Shown piece after piece: positions 41,260 to 57,939 of a DNA stretch of 64,000 nucleotides. The notes below the pieces were generated by a model, which worked only from the letters and a program-made list of their open reading frames with translations, did not search any database and was not told where the DNA came from. The DNA comes from the human T2T-CHM13v2.0 reference genome, Homo sapiens, in assembly GCF_009914755.1 (NCBI RefSeq), contig NC_060937.1. One strand, given 5' to 3'. Made by a program: the position numbers and the translations under genes. How positions within the stretch are numbered: the stretch's first letter is position 1; every line of letters begins with the position of its first letter.

Positions 41260-41673
41260 TGAGATGGCTTGGATGTGTGTCCCCTCCAAATCCCATGTTG
41301 AAATGTCACCCCCAATGTTTGAGGTAGGGTCTGGTGGGAAGTGTTTGAGTAATGGGGCAGATCCCTCATGAATGACTTCGTGCCATCCTTGTGATAATGA
41401 GAGAGTTCTCTCTCTGAGTTCACACAAGATCTGGTTGTTTAGAGAGTCTGGGACCTCCCTCTTCTCTGTCTTGCTCCTGTCTTGCCATGTGATATGCCTT
41501 CCCCCATTTCACCTTCCACCATGATCGGAAGCTTCCTGAGGTCTCACCAGAAGCAGGTGCTGGAGCCATGCTTCCTGTACAGCCTGCAGAACCAGGAGAC
41601 AATTAAATCTCTTTTCTTTATAAATTACCCAGCCTCAGGTATTTCTTTATGACAGTGCAAATGGACTGACACA
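41260..41673 (+). mobile_element. MSTB-like MaLR solo LTR
   Basis: TGAGATGGCTTGGATGTGTGTCCCCTCCAAATC...GGACTGACACA. TSD GCTGT/GCTAT. Confidence 0.85.
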
Positions 41674-42094
41674 GCTATCTTCCAGGGCCAGTAGTTGGAG
41701 GCTTTGTCCTGCCCTGGCATGTTCCATAGAGCTGGGGAGTGTCAATGAGCAAAGAGTCAAATGTGCCGGGTGCAAGAGGCCCAAGTGTCCCTTCCCCACA
41801 GGAAGCTGAAGACCAGCATGGCAGCAGGGGCCTTGCCTCATGGAGATCGAAACCACATAGGTCCTGGAAGCAATGCCAGCCTGCCTGATTCCCTTCTGTA
41901 AACTTAAGCATTCTTACCATATGATTCAGTAATCATCCTTCTTGGGGAGACTCAAGTACTCTGGAAAGCTCTGTGCGTTCATGCACTGAACACTGGTCAA
42001 GTTTACTCTGGAAAACAGGGGCCATGCTATGTGTTCTCTACATCATGAGTCTTAATTCAAGGAAATGGAAGCATTGAAGCAGTTATTTTTCTAA

Positions 42095-42281
42095 AGCTGT
42101 GATTTTCTAAGTGGGTATGGGAACCAGCAGCATCAACCTCACCTTGGAAATTGCTAGAAATGTAAATCTGAGGCCCTGCCCTAGGCCTACTGAATCATGC
42201 ACTCCAAGGATGGGCTCCAACAGTCTGTGCTTTATCAAGCTGTCTGGGTGCTTCTGATCCAGCACAAGTTTGAGAACCACT
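42095..42281. mobile_element. MER5A
   Basis: CCAGCAGCATCAACCTCACCTTGGAAATTGCTAGAAATG...AAGTTTGAGAACCACT. Confidence 0.75.
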
Positions 42282-42698
42282 ATTCTAGAGCTTTCTAGAG
42301 CCTTGCTCTGGACCTTACCACTGCCTACAGCAGCCTCCCCAGTCTCACCCGCTTGCCTTTCTTTGGGAAACTCTAACCCAAGACCATTCAGGGGAAGAAG
42401 ATTCTGAGAAATATATTTCCCAGCTTTTCCTCTGCAGAGATCTTAGGGGTAGTGGTGATACCAAGGAGACAGATAACACAGCTAATAAATACAAAAGTGA
42501 TGGAAACATCTCAGGTGGTTCTGGACATATGTGGAAGCGGCCACCCCCCAGGCTCCAGGGGAGCTTCTCTAGCCTCAAGAATCTTCCCCAATAACCCCCC
42601 TATATCATGACAGAGCCTCAAGTCCCTCATTAGAAATCTCTCCTCTGGGGCATTAGATCCTTTTGCCTTGCTTTAGTAAAATATTTATAGTCCAACCC

Positions 42699-43923
<1,225 letters not shown>

Positions 43924-44787
43924 AAACAAACAGTTTTGGTAAATAATGTAGACATAAAGAGAAGTTTAGGAGTTGAAGATATCAAGATATTTAAAAATGT
44001 TATCACACAGACACATATATATATTTATTTATATATTTCTTATTTTATATATTTGGAACTTGAACTGATACTGGCCAAAATACAGAACAGGTGTTTTATG
44101 GAAATACATGTGATACCTTTGCTGGTGATAGAGTAATCCCTTTTTTATATAGAATTTACAGATAATTTCAACAAGGAACATGAAGAAAATGCATATTTGA
44201 AGTCTGAAATAATAGACTGGAGCTTCATGAAGCACCAGAAAAAGCACAGGCAAATCTTCATCATTTCTCAGGTTTTTACATTTTATTTAATTTTGTTCAA
44301 TTAAAGAACCAAAGCCCAAGGCTATTAAGGGCTGGACTATGTGCCCAAGAAACTTCCTTCTACAACTGGATGGCCACTGCCCTTCCCCTTCACATGGGCA
44401 CTTCACATCAAGATGTCTTTGAGGCACAAGTATGGAGTACCCAAGTCATATCAAGGGGAGATAGAACTTGAGCCAAAATAGTTAACAGAGAACTCAGAGG
44501 AGTGACATGGGGGTTATTAAGTAATGGGCTGCTAACACTCCAGCTCATCTTTCCTTTTTTAAAATTAAAAATAGTTATATGCAAATACTCTAGGATTTAA
44601 CAGTCACTAACATCTGATGTATGCATTCGCATATTAGGTCAATTTTCTAATTGACGCAAAGGTATTTTGACAGCACTGGGCCACTGCAGGGAAGATGAAG
44701 GGGGTGGAGAAAGATGAAGGAGAGTCCACATCACTGACTGTAGACCATCAAGAGGATGCTAGTAGATTTCATTTATTCAAGACTTCA

Positions 44788-45370
44788 GACTGGAGGCAGA
44801 GCAAGGCGGTGAACTAGAAGGTTCCACCAATGGTCTCCCTGGCAAGGACACCAATTTAACAACTATCTACACAGATAAAGCACCTTTAAAAGAACCAAAA
44901 TTCAGATCCCAGAGCTTCACAAGTCCTATAACATTCTTTAAAAGTGCTAGCGAGATGATGAACATTTTAAGAGCAACTAATAATACAACTATTTCAAAAA
45001 TAATTTTAGTCATCACACAATTCTTTCTAGAAAGACTATTCACTACTGAAAATGTTAATACTAATAAAGTATTTCTGAACTTTGAAACGTGTTATCTAGA
45101 GAATGTGAAAAAATAACTCAGAAACAGAATTGAATACAAAATCAGTAAGGTAGGGCTATACAATAAAAATGTAATAATATATTATAATATAATAACATGT
45201 ACCACACATATAATGTTAAATTTTACAACCAAATTTAAATAATTTAAAATAAATAGGTAAAATTGATTTTAATATTGTATTTTATATAACTCAGTATATT
45301 TAGAATATCATTTCAACATGTAATCAATATAATAAATTATGAAAGAGATATTTTTAAAAATAAAAAAATA
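44788..45370 (+). mobile_element. Putative retrocopy of a chimeric L1-5'UTR-initiated spliced transcript
   Basis: Old L1 5' end 44788-44905 ending CAG, then non-L1 AT-rich sequence with a MER33/MER3-like piece, AATAAA at 45331, A-tail at 45356-45370, and TSD AAGACTTCA/AAAACTTCA. Confidence 0.6.
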
Positions 45371-45584
45371 AAAACTTCAAGTATTTGGGGGAACCATCAT
45401 AAGCCTGGCACTGTGTAAACACCAAAGACATAAGAAAGAATAAGACAGTTCTCCTCTTCAAGGAGGTTACATTCCAGAGAGACAGATAAACAACAAATTT
45501 TAAGCAATATAATTGGTGCTGCAGTCAAGATATGGGTAATTTATTATGTGATCAGATTAGAGAAGGTGTGCTCCTACTTAGGGG

Positions 45585-46541
45585 TGTGCTGGATGTCTTC
45601 TGTCTGCATTTCTATATCTACTTTCAACCGTCTGCATCCTGCAGGTAGGCTGGTTGTGATAATCAGCCTCCAAGGTGGCCCCTAGTGATCTCTGCCCTCT
45701 GGTTTTCCTGTTCCTGAATAACACCCTCCCATGTTATATGAGGGCTGGTCTGTGTCAGATGTGATGGTATGTGACTCTCAAGGCTAGGTCATCATACATA
45801 CCACAACTTCTCAGTTGCTCTCTCTTAGATCACCTGCTCTGGGGGAAGCAAGCTGCCATGTCATGAGGACACCCATGTAACCTTATAGAGGAGCCCCCTG
45901 TGATAATGGAACTAAAAAGCCTCCAGCTAAAAGCCAGGTGAGTGAGGGATCTTGGAAGCAAATTCTCTAGCCTTCAGATGACTGTAGCCTCAGCTGACTT
46001 CTTAAAGGCAACCTCTTAAGAGACATTGAGCCAAAATCTAGCTATCCAAATTCCTGCTCCACAGAGACTATGAGGTGAAGTTTGCTATTTTAAGCTACTA
46101 AGTTTTGGAATCATTTGTTATAAAGCAATAGATAAATAATACACTAACCTCTTTGGACTGCATCAGCAGGCTCCCTTGCCCAACTCTTACTTCCAGCTGG
46201 GTTCAGCTAATGAGGGTTATGATGGGAGAAAGGTTGTGGAGCAGAGTTAGGATATTCAATTCCCCAGCTTCCCCCGTATTGGCCATGGTGTCTTGGCCAT
46301 AAAGGTGTCAGTTTCTGTTTAGTGGTTGCCCCCTTACAGTTACTGGCACCAGGTCCTAGTGACTGCACTATTCCTTTGCCTTTTTAGGCCCCGACGTTTT
46401 ACAAGCTCAAAGGTCCCGCAGTTGATCCTTTGTAATTTCCATATGCCCTGCCTATACCTTTGTAAATAGCCCCTTTGTAAACTGTCCTCAAATTACCCAA
46501 TTTGTGTATGCATCTGTTTCCTGCTGAAACCATGACCCATA
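45585..46541 (+). mobile_element. LTR33-like ERVL LTR with nested MLT1E/F LTR (about 45656-46143)
   Basis: LTR33-like CCTTTGTAAATAGCCCCTTTGTAAACT...TGTTTCCTGCTG. Nested TGTGATAATCAGCCTCCAAGGTGGCCCC...GCAATAGATAAATAATACA. Confidence 0.7.
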
Positions 46542-46950
46542 CAAACAGTGGAAATAGGAAGGCTCGGGAGAAATGATGTTCAATCTGAGTCATGAAGAAT
46601 GGCTGCAATCTTGTCAACTAAAAGAGCAAGAGCCACACATCGTCTAGCACCCATTACTCAGGCAAGTAAATATTGAATTCCAATAGCATTATACCTACAC
46701 TGGCTCAAGTCTAATGGGACACCATTCACACTGTACTCTACACGAATGGCATCCAGAGTTATGTGATAAGGGCATGATTGTAGGATTCGATTTCAATCCA
46801 CGTCCAAAGCTTCATATGAAATATTATTTTCTAGAATTTCTATGATGTAATTTCTATTTCAAACAACCCATTCTGTAGATTACAGAAACTTCTTAATTTA
46901 GATTCCTGCTCTCTTCCTGTCCTCTCGGATGAAATGGGTAACTCAGGACT

Positions 46951-47404
<454 letters not shown>

Positions 47405-50071
47405 TAAAACTCAATTACTATTTCAAAAACACCTGGATTCATTCAGTAACATTTTATTTCTTCAGAATGTATGAACTCAGTCTTTGTTATACTTCTGTGT
47501 AGGTTAGACTGGAGTTCAATGTGGCCAATGCAAAGATGTTCTGCAAAGCAGCTGATTAGAGTGTGCACGATTGCAGAAGCACATTCAATCTCTGGAAGAG
47601 AGCAAATCGTTTTTAAGGACTTTAACCCATTAACTATTTGTATGCAAACAGGGTTGCTAATTATAAATGAGTTTTATCTCGTCAATACAGCAGCTCAGCA
47701 GGACTTCTACTTGGAAGCCTTCTGTCAGAACTTTGTGAAAATTTAGTTTGAGTTTCTGTTTGCATTTAAAATGTATTTCTTTAAAAATTGACTTTAATTC
47801 AGCCTAGTATCTGATTTACATTGACCTTCCAGCCAGTTAGTACCCATCAGTGAGGCTTAAACACAGCAGACAGGAGTGGATGGCAAGAAAATGAGCCAAA
47901 AGCATTAGAATATGAAAGCTAGAATCAATAAGGCACAATAAAATATTTTCAAATCCAAATTATGAAAAACCCTTGAAATAACTCATCAAAATAAGAAATG
48001 ACCACCCATTCAACAATCTGAGCTGAAGAATTTACCTAATCAGGTTATTGGCTATAACATTGTAGACAAGGGGGCAAATGAAAAAGATCTCCAGATTGCA
48101 AAGGGCCAACTGAAGCCAAAATTAAATAGGCTGAACCTTGCTTTAGACCTGAGATAAGATGTAGAAATGTCAGCACTCACCATTGATTAAGCATCTGCTT
48201 GGAATTTCTTTATTTCTTGCCCTGCTTTCACAGAACACCTGCTAGAGAAGTGCAAATAATTGCAAGATCATTTGAAACATGAACATGAACTTATCTTTAC
48301 ATCTGGTATACTAACCCTAAGTCTCTATCATAAAGGCCAAACAGAGTTGAGCCACAGGAGATTTTCTTCCTGGCCAGTACTAAGAAAAGCAACCATGGTG
48401 CTTTGCATCCAAGGGACAAGGACGGTCAGGTTTAAAACATTTGTTTCTATTGTTGTCACTGATGGGCTGGGAGCTCTCTGCAGCTCCACTGATTGGATGG
48501 AGAAGGAGGAAGCCATTCTCCATGCTTGACCATTCCGCCCTGCCCAGTTTCTTAGGAGATGAAAATGATAACATGCTCGAGGTACAGATACATCCTCATG
48601 TCTCACAAACCAGATGCCCATTCATTTGTTTTGAACATAGAGTATGTGACATATCAGTCAGATTCGACTAGATGCACCTTGGAACAAACATCCTTCAAAT
48701 CCCGGTGGCTTCAAACAACAGATTGCTTTCTCACTTGCGTGTCATGTTTTTCATTATTGTCTTGAGGCTCTGCTCATACTGGGACACAAGTTGATGGAGC
48801 AGTCAGCCATCTGACTGCTCTAAGACTCAGACTTTATACCAAATAACACACTAATTCTTCAATCTTCTGCTCATATTTCCCTGGCCAAAGCACACCACTG
48901 GAAAATGCCTGAGTTTAATCCTGCTCTGTGCATAAAGGAATAAAAATCAGAGTATTGGTGAAGAGTCCTATAGCCACTACATTCTTGCGAAAAGTTCTAC
49001 ATACCCCTGCTGCGACGAGGTTATCAGAAAGGTAGAAAAATTAAAGGAAACATGAGTGAAGGGGCTATGAGCAGATTAGAGATGCAGATCGCAGAAAATG
49101 TGCTAAGGAGGGATGGAATTTGTGGAGATGAGTTTTAGTCAGTCACATGACCTATATTTAGATTTTTGACAGTTTCATACGCACCAGCAATCTCTCTTCT
49201 CACCTTCTCCCTACTTTGGCTCATCAACTGATAAAGAGTGACAGGCAGAGAAGGTGATAAGCTGACAAGATAGCACCATGCTTGTGCGTGTGTGAATGCA
49301 TGTGTTGGTATGAAAGAGCTGCCATGTGAAGCAGATTGTTTTATTAATCCTACAAGAAAGTGACCAGGGTTGAGGTGTCTGAGTATCGGTGGCTACTGCA
49401 AATAGCTCCCATTATGGCACTTGTAGGTGTCCATACCCCGTTCCCACCTGCAGCTCTTTGGCCAAGGAAGAGGGAAGTGCTGGCGATTCATCAGTGCACT
49501 GAGATGTGTAAGTCCAAAAATACCTCAGGCCTGAGAACAGATGCTCAGCTTAGACCTGGGAAACAGAATGGTTGCTACAGACATAGATCCTCCTGCTACA
49601 CAGGAACCCAAGGTGTATTAAATAATTTTTTTAAAAAACTCCAGTGAGCAAAGGATAAGCTATTCCACAAAAGGTGTTGGGAAAACAAGTTGTTATTTGT
49701 GGGGTGGGGGAGGGGGAAATCCATGAAGATACTCATTTCAGCTCTCCATTCACTGATAAATTCTATCTGGACTGGAGCGATAAGAATTTTAATTAAACCA
49801 TTAAAAGAAAAACTCAGAAGAAAATATATTTATTTAATGTCTGAATGGGAAGGACTTTTTAAATATAAAACCTGCAGGAATAGGATTACAAAAGAAAAGA
49901 TTAACGGATTTGACTACATAAAAATTTCAACTTATTTGTAAAAAAAATCTAAATTAAAAGGTAAGTGTCAAACTGAGTGGAGGGGGGGAATTGCCTCTAA
50001 TGTGATAGACAAAGGATTAATATCTTCAATATATTAAGAGCTCATATAATTCAATAACAAAGAATATGGCT

Positions 50072-50340
50072 AGCTGGATGTGGTGGCTCACACCTATAAT
50101 CCCAGCAATATGGGAGGCCAAGGTGGATGGATCACTTGAGGCCAGGAGTTTGAGACCAGCCTGGCCAACCCCATCTCTACTGAAAATACAAAACTTAGCA
50201 AGGCGTGGTGGCACACACCTATAGTCCTAGCTACTTGGGAGGCTGAGGTACGAGGGTCACTCAAACCCTGGTTGCAGTGAGCTGAGATCATGCCACTACA
50301 CTCCAGCCTGGGCAATTGAGCAAGACCTTTAAAAAAAAAA
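50072..50340 (+). mobile_element. AluJ-like
   Basis: Dimer with small deletions. TSD AAAGAATATGGCT/AAAGAATATGACT. Confidence 0.9.
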
Positions 50341-50449
50341 AAAGAATATGACTAAAAAAAAATTCAACCTCAACTAGTAAAAAATGAGACAAAAGTTTTA
50401 AATAAAATATAAACACCGTTTTTATCTACCAAATGAAAAACACATTTGA

Positions 50450-52840
<2,391 letters not shown>

Positions 52841-53799
52841 CATAGTGTTCTATAACTCATCTCCAATGTCTAAAGATGCCAGCCTTCCAGTTCTCCATGA
52901 ACTGCAAAGTCTGTGTTATGACCATTTGCCAGAGATGCTGGAGAAACACACGTGTCAGTATCATTCAATGTCAAGTCAATTCCTGACCATTCCAATGTGT
53001 TAGAAAAAGGAAACATACATACTACAGGTGCCATGATATGATAGTAATAACTGTTGAATAGTACATTTTTTGTATAGCAGATGAGCAATATGTTTCATTC
53101 AATTTATCATCCTCATCCTTGTTCAAGAGATTCTTTTTGTAAAAATGAGAATAAAAGTATTTTTCAATCTTGAGGCTATAACCAGTCAAAATTTTAAGAT
53201 TCCTTAATGGCCAACCAATCAAAATACTCATCTAGGTTGGATGAATTTAATGTAAATCTACAATGTAAGTCTTCATTGAGTAATTCATCAAATAATTCAT
53301 TCACTTGGCCAATATTTATTGAGTACCTGTTATGTACTAGGGATTGTGCCAGTACTGTAGATATAACAGTAAATAAGAAAGATGTAATCTCTGACCTTTT
53401 GGAGTTTGTTTACTTAAGATCCTATTGATTTCAGATTTACTACAATTTTAAAAACAAGTAAGATGGGCAAATTGTATAGCATCTTTAAATGGCTCCCATA
53501 GATCCCCTCTTTCCTCAAAATTTCTCACTACCCTAAATTATTCATGCCTAAACATCCACCACCTCTTTGTCTTCTGGCTTTTTGCCTAGATTAGGGTAGG
53601 GAACACACTTTAGGGAAGGAGGTCCATATAAAACCCAGTCATTTTCACCTTCATCTGTAAGAATTTATCTGATCTTTGCTGTGATGAAATTCTGAAGAGC
53701 AGATGTCTGGGTTGAGAGATCCAAAGGACACTAGGATACTGGAGATAGATAGACAGAGGGGAGAGCCAACAGACAGGAGTGCAGAACTAAAGAGAGCCA

Positions 53800-55080
53800 A
53801 GCAATACTATTCAGGACATAGACACAGGCAAAGATTTCATGACAAAAATGCCAAAAGCAATAGCAACAAAAGCAAAATTTGACTAATGACATCTAATTAA
53901 AATAAAGAGCTTCTTCACAGCAAAAGAAACTATCATCAGGGTGAACAGACAACCTACAGAATGGGAGAAAATTTTTGCAATCTGTCCATCTAACAAAGAT
54001 CTAATATCCAGAGTCTGCAGGGAATTTAAACAAATTTACAAGAAAAACAAAACCTAACAACCCCATTAAAAAGTGGGCAAAGGACATGAACAGATACTTC
54101 TCAAAAGAAGACATTCATGCAGCCAACAAACATATGAAAAAAAGCTCAATATCACTGATCATTAGAGAAATCCAAATCAAAATCACAATGAGATACCATC
54201 TCACACCAGTCAGAATGGTGATTATTAGAAAGTCAAGAAACAGCAGTTGCTGGTGAGGTTGTGGAGAAAAAGGAACATTTTTACACTGTTGGTGAGAATG
54301 TTTTAGTTCAACCATTGTGGAAGACAGTGTGGCAAATTCTCAAAAACCTAGAGACAGAAATACCATTTGACCCAGCAATCCCATTACTGGCTATATACCA
54401 AAAGGAATATAAAGCATTCCATTATAAAGATTATTTATTGCAGCACTATTCACAATAACAAAGACATGGATTCAACCTAAATGCCCATCAATGATAGACT
54501 GGATAAAGAAAATGTGGTACATCTACACCACGGAATACTATGCAGCCATAAAAAGGATTGAGATCATGTCCTTTGCAGGGACATGGATGGAGCTGGAAGC
54601 CGTTATCCTCAGCAAACTAACACAGGAACAGAAAACCAAACACTACATGTTCTCACTTATAAATGGAAGCTGAACAATGAGAACACGTGGACACATGGTA
54701 GGGAACAACACATACTGGGATCTGTCAGTGGAGGTGGGGGCCAAGGGAGGGAGAATGCTGGGCTTAATACCTAGGTGATGGGTTGATCTGTACAGCAGGT
54801 CCTGTGCCTTCTCAAACAGGTTTAGGGCAATCTTACTGTATCTCCTGAAATAATCCCCCCAAAATCAGAATTTCAGAGTTTACATTTACAGTTGAAGAGT
54901 CAGAAGTCCAGAGAGGGGGCATGGCTTGCTTTTGACAGAGGCTGGTGAAATTCTAGCTCTCCTGAGTCCCTGTTGCACTTATTTAGTCCTAACACTGTGG
55001 CACGTGTTACATGTTATGTAACAAACCTGCACATCCTCCACATTTATTCCAGAACTCAAAATAAAAGTTGAAGAAAAAAA
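53800..55080 (+). mobile_element. 5'-truncated older primate L1 (L1PA13-16-like) with a 194-bp foreign insert in its 3'UTR
   Basis: ORF2 C-terminal remnants ([20 protein letters not shown]), 3' end AAATAAAAGTTGAAGAAAAAAA, short TSD AGAGCCA. Confidence 0.88.
54800..54993 (+). repeat. Dispersed duplicate of 56429-56623
   Basis: 194 versus 195 bp, 6 substitutions plus 1 indel by hand alignment (about 96%). Confidence 0.95.
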
Positions 55081-56757
55081 AGAGCCATAATTCCATTCAA
55101 CGGCTAGATATGTCCCATGTGCAGACTAGTAATGGACCAGTACCCACAGCAGCCCACAGCAGCCCAGTGGGTGATCACTAGGTAGCAGCCAACCTCTCCC
55201 CCAACACCCCTCTACTGCAGCACTTCCACAGCAATTGCTGAGTCACAGTTCTGCCTAGAATTAGTTGCAAATATCTAAGCATTGCTAGCACTATTGTATC
55301 AGACACTTATCTATCCCATGTCATTTTCATTTGTTGAGTTTTTGGCTACCCTCACAAATAACAGGGCTCTTGAGTACATGAGCTCTGTTTTCCTAGTCTT
55401 TATGGGAGGCAGTTTAATGAAGCGAAAATGGCAATGAATTGATCCAAATTTGTCCTCTCTCCCCTTTTTAGGTGTGTAATCCTAGGTAGGCTTCCATTCC
55501 TATCTGTAAGATGGAAATGAGAATGCCTTCTTTGCCAGGTTGTTATAGGAATCCAATGACATGATAAAAGTAAAGCGTTTTCATAAAATTTCATAAAATC
55601 CCAAGAAGCTTACCACCACTTTTTATATATAATAAAAACAATAATAATTAACATTTTTGGTATGGTGCCAGCTAGTCTGCTAAATGCCTTATTTTAACAA
55701 CCCTATAAGGTCAATAGTGTCATTATCCTTTTCATTTTGAACTGGGAAATCTGAGAGACAGAGAGGTTGAGTAACTTGCCCAAGGAAGATCATACAGTGG
55801 GTAAATGGTAAATTATTCTGTTGTTACTTCTCCTGGTGTTTTCCTTTGTGCCCAGCAGAGTGTATGGCACACAATGCCTGCAGTAAGCACTGATTATGTG
55901 GTTAAGCCTATTCATAACATTCACATAGGAAACGGGACTATCTTTCTTTGTATGAGTTCCCCTGTTGTCACAGGCTTTTACTATGTGCTTAAGTCTACAG
56001 AACATGACTTACCCTGAGGTTTATCAAAATCCTGCAATATTCTGCTCTGTGGCAGAGTGTGACCATGCTTACAGCCAGGTGGCATTCACTTGGGGCCAAC
56101 CTGGAAATCCTTGGGGCCAAGCTGACTCAGTCTGGATTCACAGAGTGGGGCCTGCATAGACCCCCTGCACTGGACAGTGCTGGACAGTTCACGGGGGCCC
56201 TGAAGTGCTCCCTTCACTACAGTGACAGCAGACACTGTTCATCCCAAGCATAGCTCCTTGAGGGTTCTATCTCCACTTCACCCTGGAAGACAGATTCGTG
56301 GTTTCCAAGTTGCAGTGTTTCTATTTATCTACAGGTAAAGGCTGTGGTTCAAAGTCAAATATGAAATGTGCTTCTCATAATTGTGTGCAAACTGAGGACA
56401 AACCCAGTTTGTGTTTCTCTCTTCATCTTCCTGTGCCTTCTCAAACAGGTTTAGGGTAATCTTACTCTATCTCCTGAAATAATCCCCCTCAAAATCAGAA
56501 TTTCAGAGTTTACATTTACAGTTGAAGAGTCAGAAGTCCAGAGAGGGGGCGTGGCTTGCTTTTGACAGAGGTTGGTGAAATTCTAGCTCTCCTGAGTCCC
56601 TGTCACACTTATTTAGTCCTAACTCATTATCCCCAGTGTCTGGTGGACCCAAGTTCTTAAGGACTCCATCTCTTAAAAGGCTGGTGGGGTGCAAGTTTAC
56701 TTGCCCTCACCCACACCCACCAAGGATTGCAGGTGACCCTGAGGGGAGAAAGGGGAG

Positions 56758-57093
56758 TGTATTAGTCCCTTCTCATGCTCCTACTAAAGGCATACCCGAG
56801 ACTGGGTAATTTATAAAGGAAAGAGGTTTAATTGACTCAAGGCTCCAGAGGCCTCACAATCATGGCAGAAGGTGAAGAAGGAACAAAGGCATATCTTACA
56901 TGGCAGCAGGCAAAGAGAGCATGTGCAGAGGAACTCCCCTTTATAAAACCATCAGATCTCATGAGACCAGCACGGGAAAGACCTGCCCCTGTGATTTAAT
57001 TACCTCCCACCAGGTCTGTCCCACAACATGTGGGGATTATGGGAGCTACAAGTCAAGATCAGATTTGGGTGGGGACACAGACAAACCATATCG
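56758..57093 (-). mobile_element. THE1B-like solo LTR
   Basis: TGTATTAGTCCCTTCTCATGCT...CATACCCGAGACTGGGTAATTTATAAAGGAAAGAGG...GGGGACACAGACAAACCATATC. Confidence 0.85.
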
Positions 57094-57561
57094 GGGGCTT
57101 CTTGAAATTCTAGTTTTTATTCCCCTGACATCTTCAACCACGTCTATATAATGAGAATTTGAATATTACACAGAGCTCAAGAGCCCAAGATCTCCTTCCC
57201 AGCAAATTACACCACTCTGAGTAAGGAGAGCACTGGAGAAGCAAGGGCACCAATGATTCCGCTTGTGTAGAGCTGGTGGTGTCTTCTCACTTACCTCAGG
57301 CTAGGGAGGCTTGGTCGCCTCTTGCCTGTTGTGTCCCCATTTTGAAAGTACTGTAGGAAACTAAAGTAAAGGCATCACCAGCTTCAGGCTTCACTTGGTA
57401 CTTGGTAAAACTGTCCGCAAGGGCCCCTGGGAATCCTGCTGGGTAGTTGGACTGTGAGTTCTGCCTGCTATAATCCCCTCCATCCTGGATTCTTGAGAGA
57501 AAGCATTTATTTGCATCAAGTCTTTCAGTATCGGCTTTTGGAGTGCAGCAAGGTGCCTTTA

Positions 57562-57852
57562 TTTCTTTTTTAGGCAGGATGTCACACTGTCACCCAACCT
57601 GGAGTACTTTGGCGCGATCTCTGCTCACTGCAGCCTCAACCTCCCCAGGCTCAGATGATCCTCCCACCTCAGCCTCCCGAGTACCTGGAACTACAGGCAT
57701 GTGCCCCCACACCCAGCTAATTTTTCTACATTTTGTAGAGACGGGGTCTCACTATGTTGTTCAGGCTGGTCTCGAACTCCAGGGCTCTAGCAATCCTCCC
57801 ACATCTACCTCCCAAGTGCTAGGATTACAGGCATGAGCCACCAAGCCCCGCC
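57562..57852 (-). mobile_element. AluJ
   Basis: J-type GATCCTCCCACCTCAGCC and GGGGTCTCACTATGTTG. TSD CAAGGTGCCTTT/CAAGGAGCCTTT. Confidence 0.88.
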
Positions 57853-57895
57853 ACAAGGAGCCTTTTAAGGCACACACAACCAAGCCTGTGTCTCA

Positions 57896-57939
57896 CTATT
57901 TGTGCTAGGAAGTCCTCCTATTTGTGCTACGAAGTTCTC
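57896..57939 (+). repeat. 22-bp tandem duplication
   Basis: CTATTTGTGCTAGGAAGTCCTC then CTATTTGTGCTACGAAGTTCTC (2 mismatches). Confidence 0.85.

Noticed and set aside
47470-47760. Repeat-free block with TATGCAAAC and TAAT motifs resembling a conserved enhancer
   Set aside because: Conservation cannot be judged from one sequence and the motifs are imperfect.
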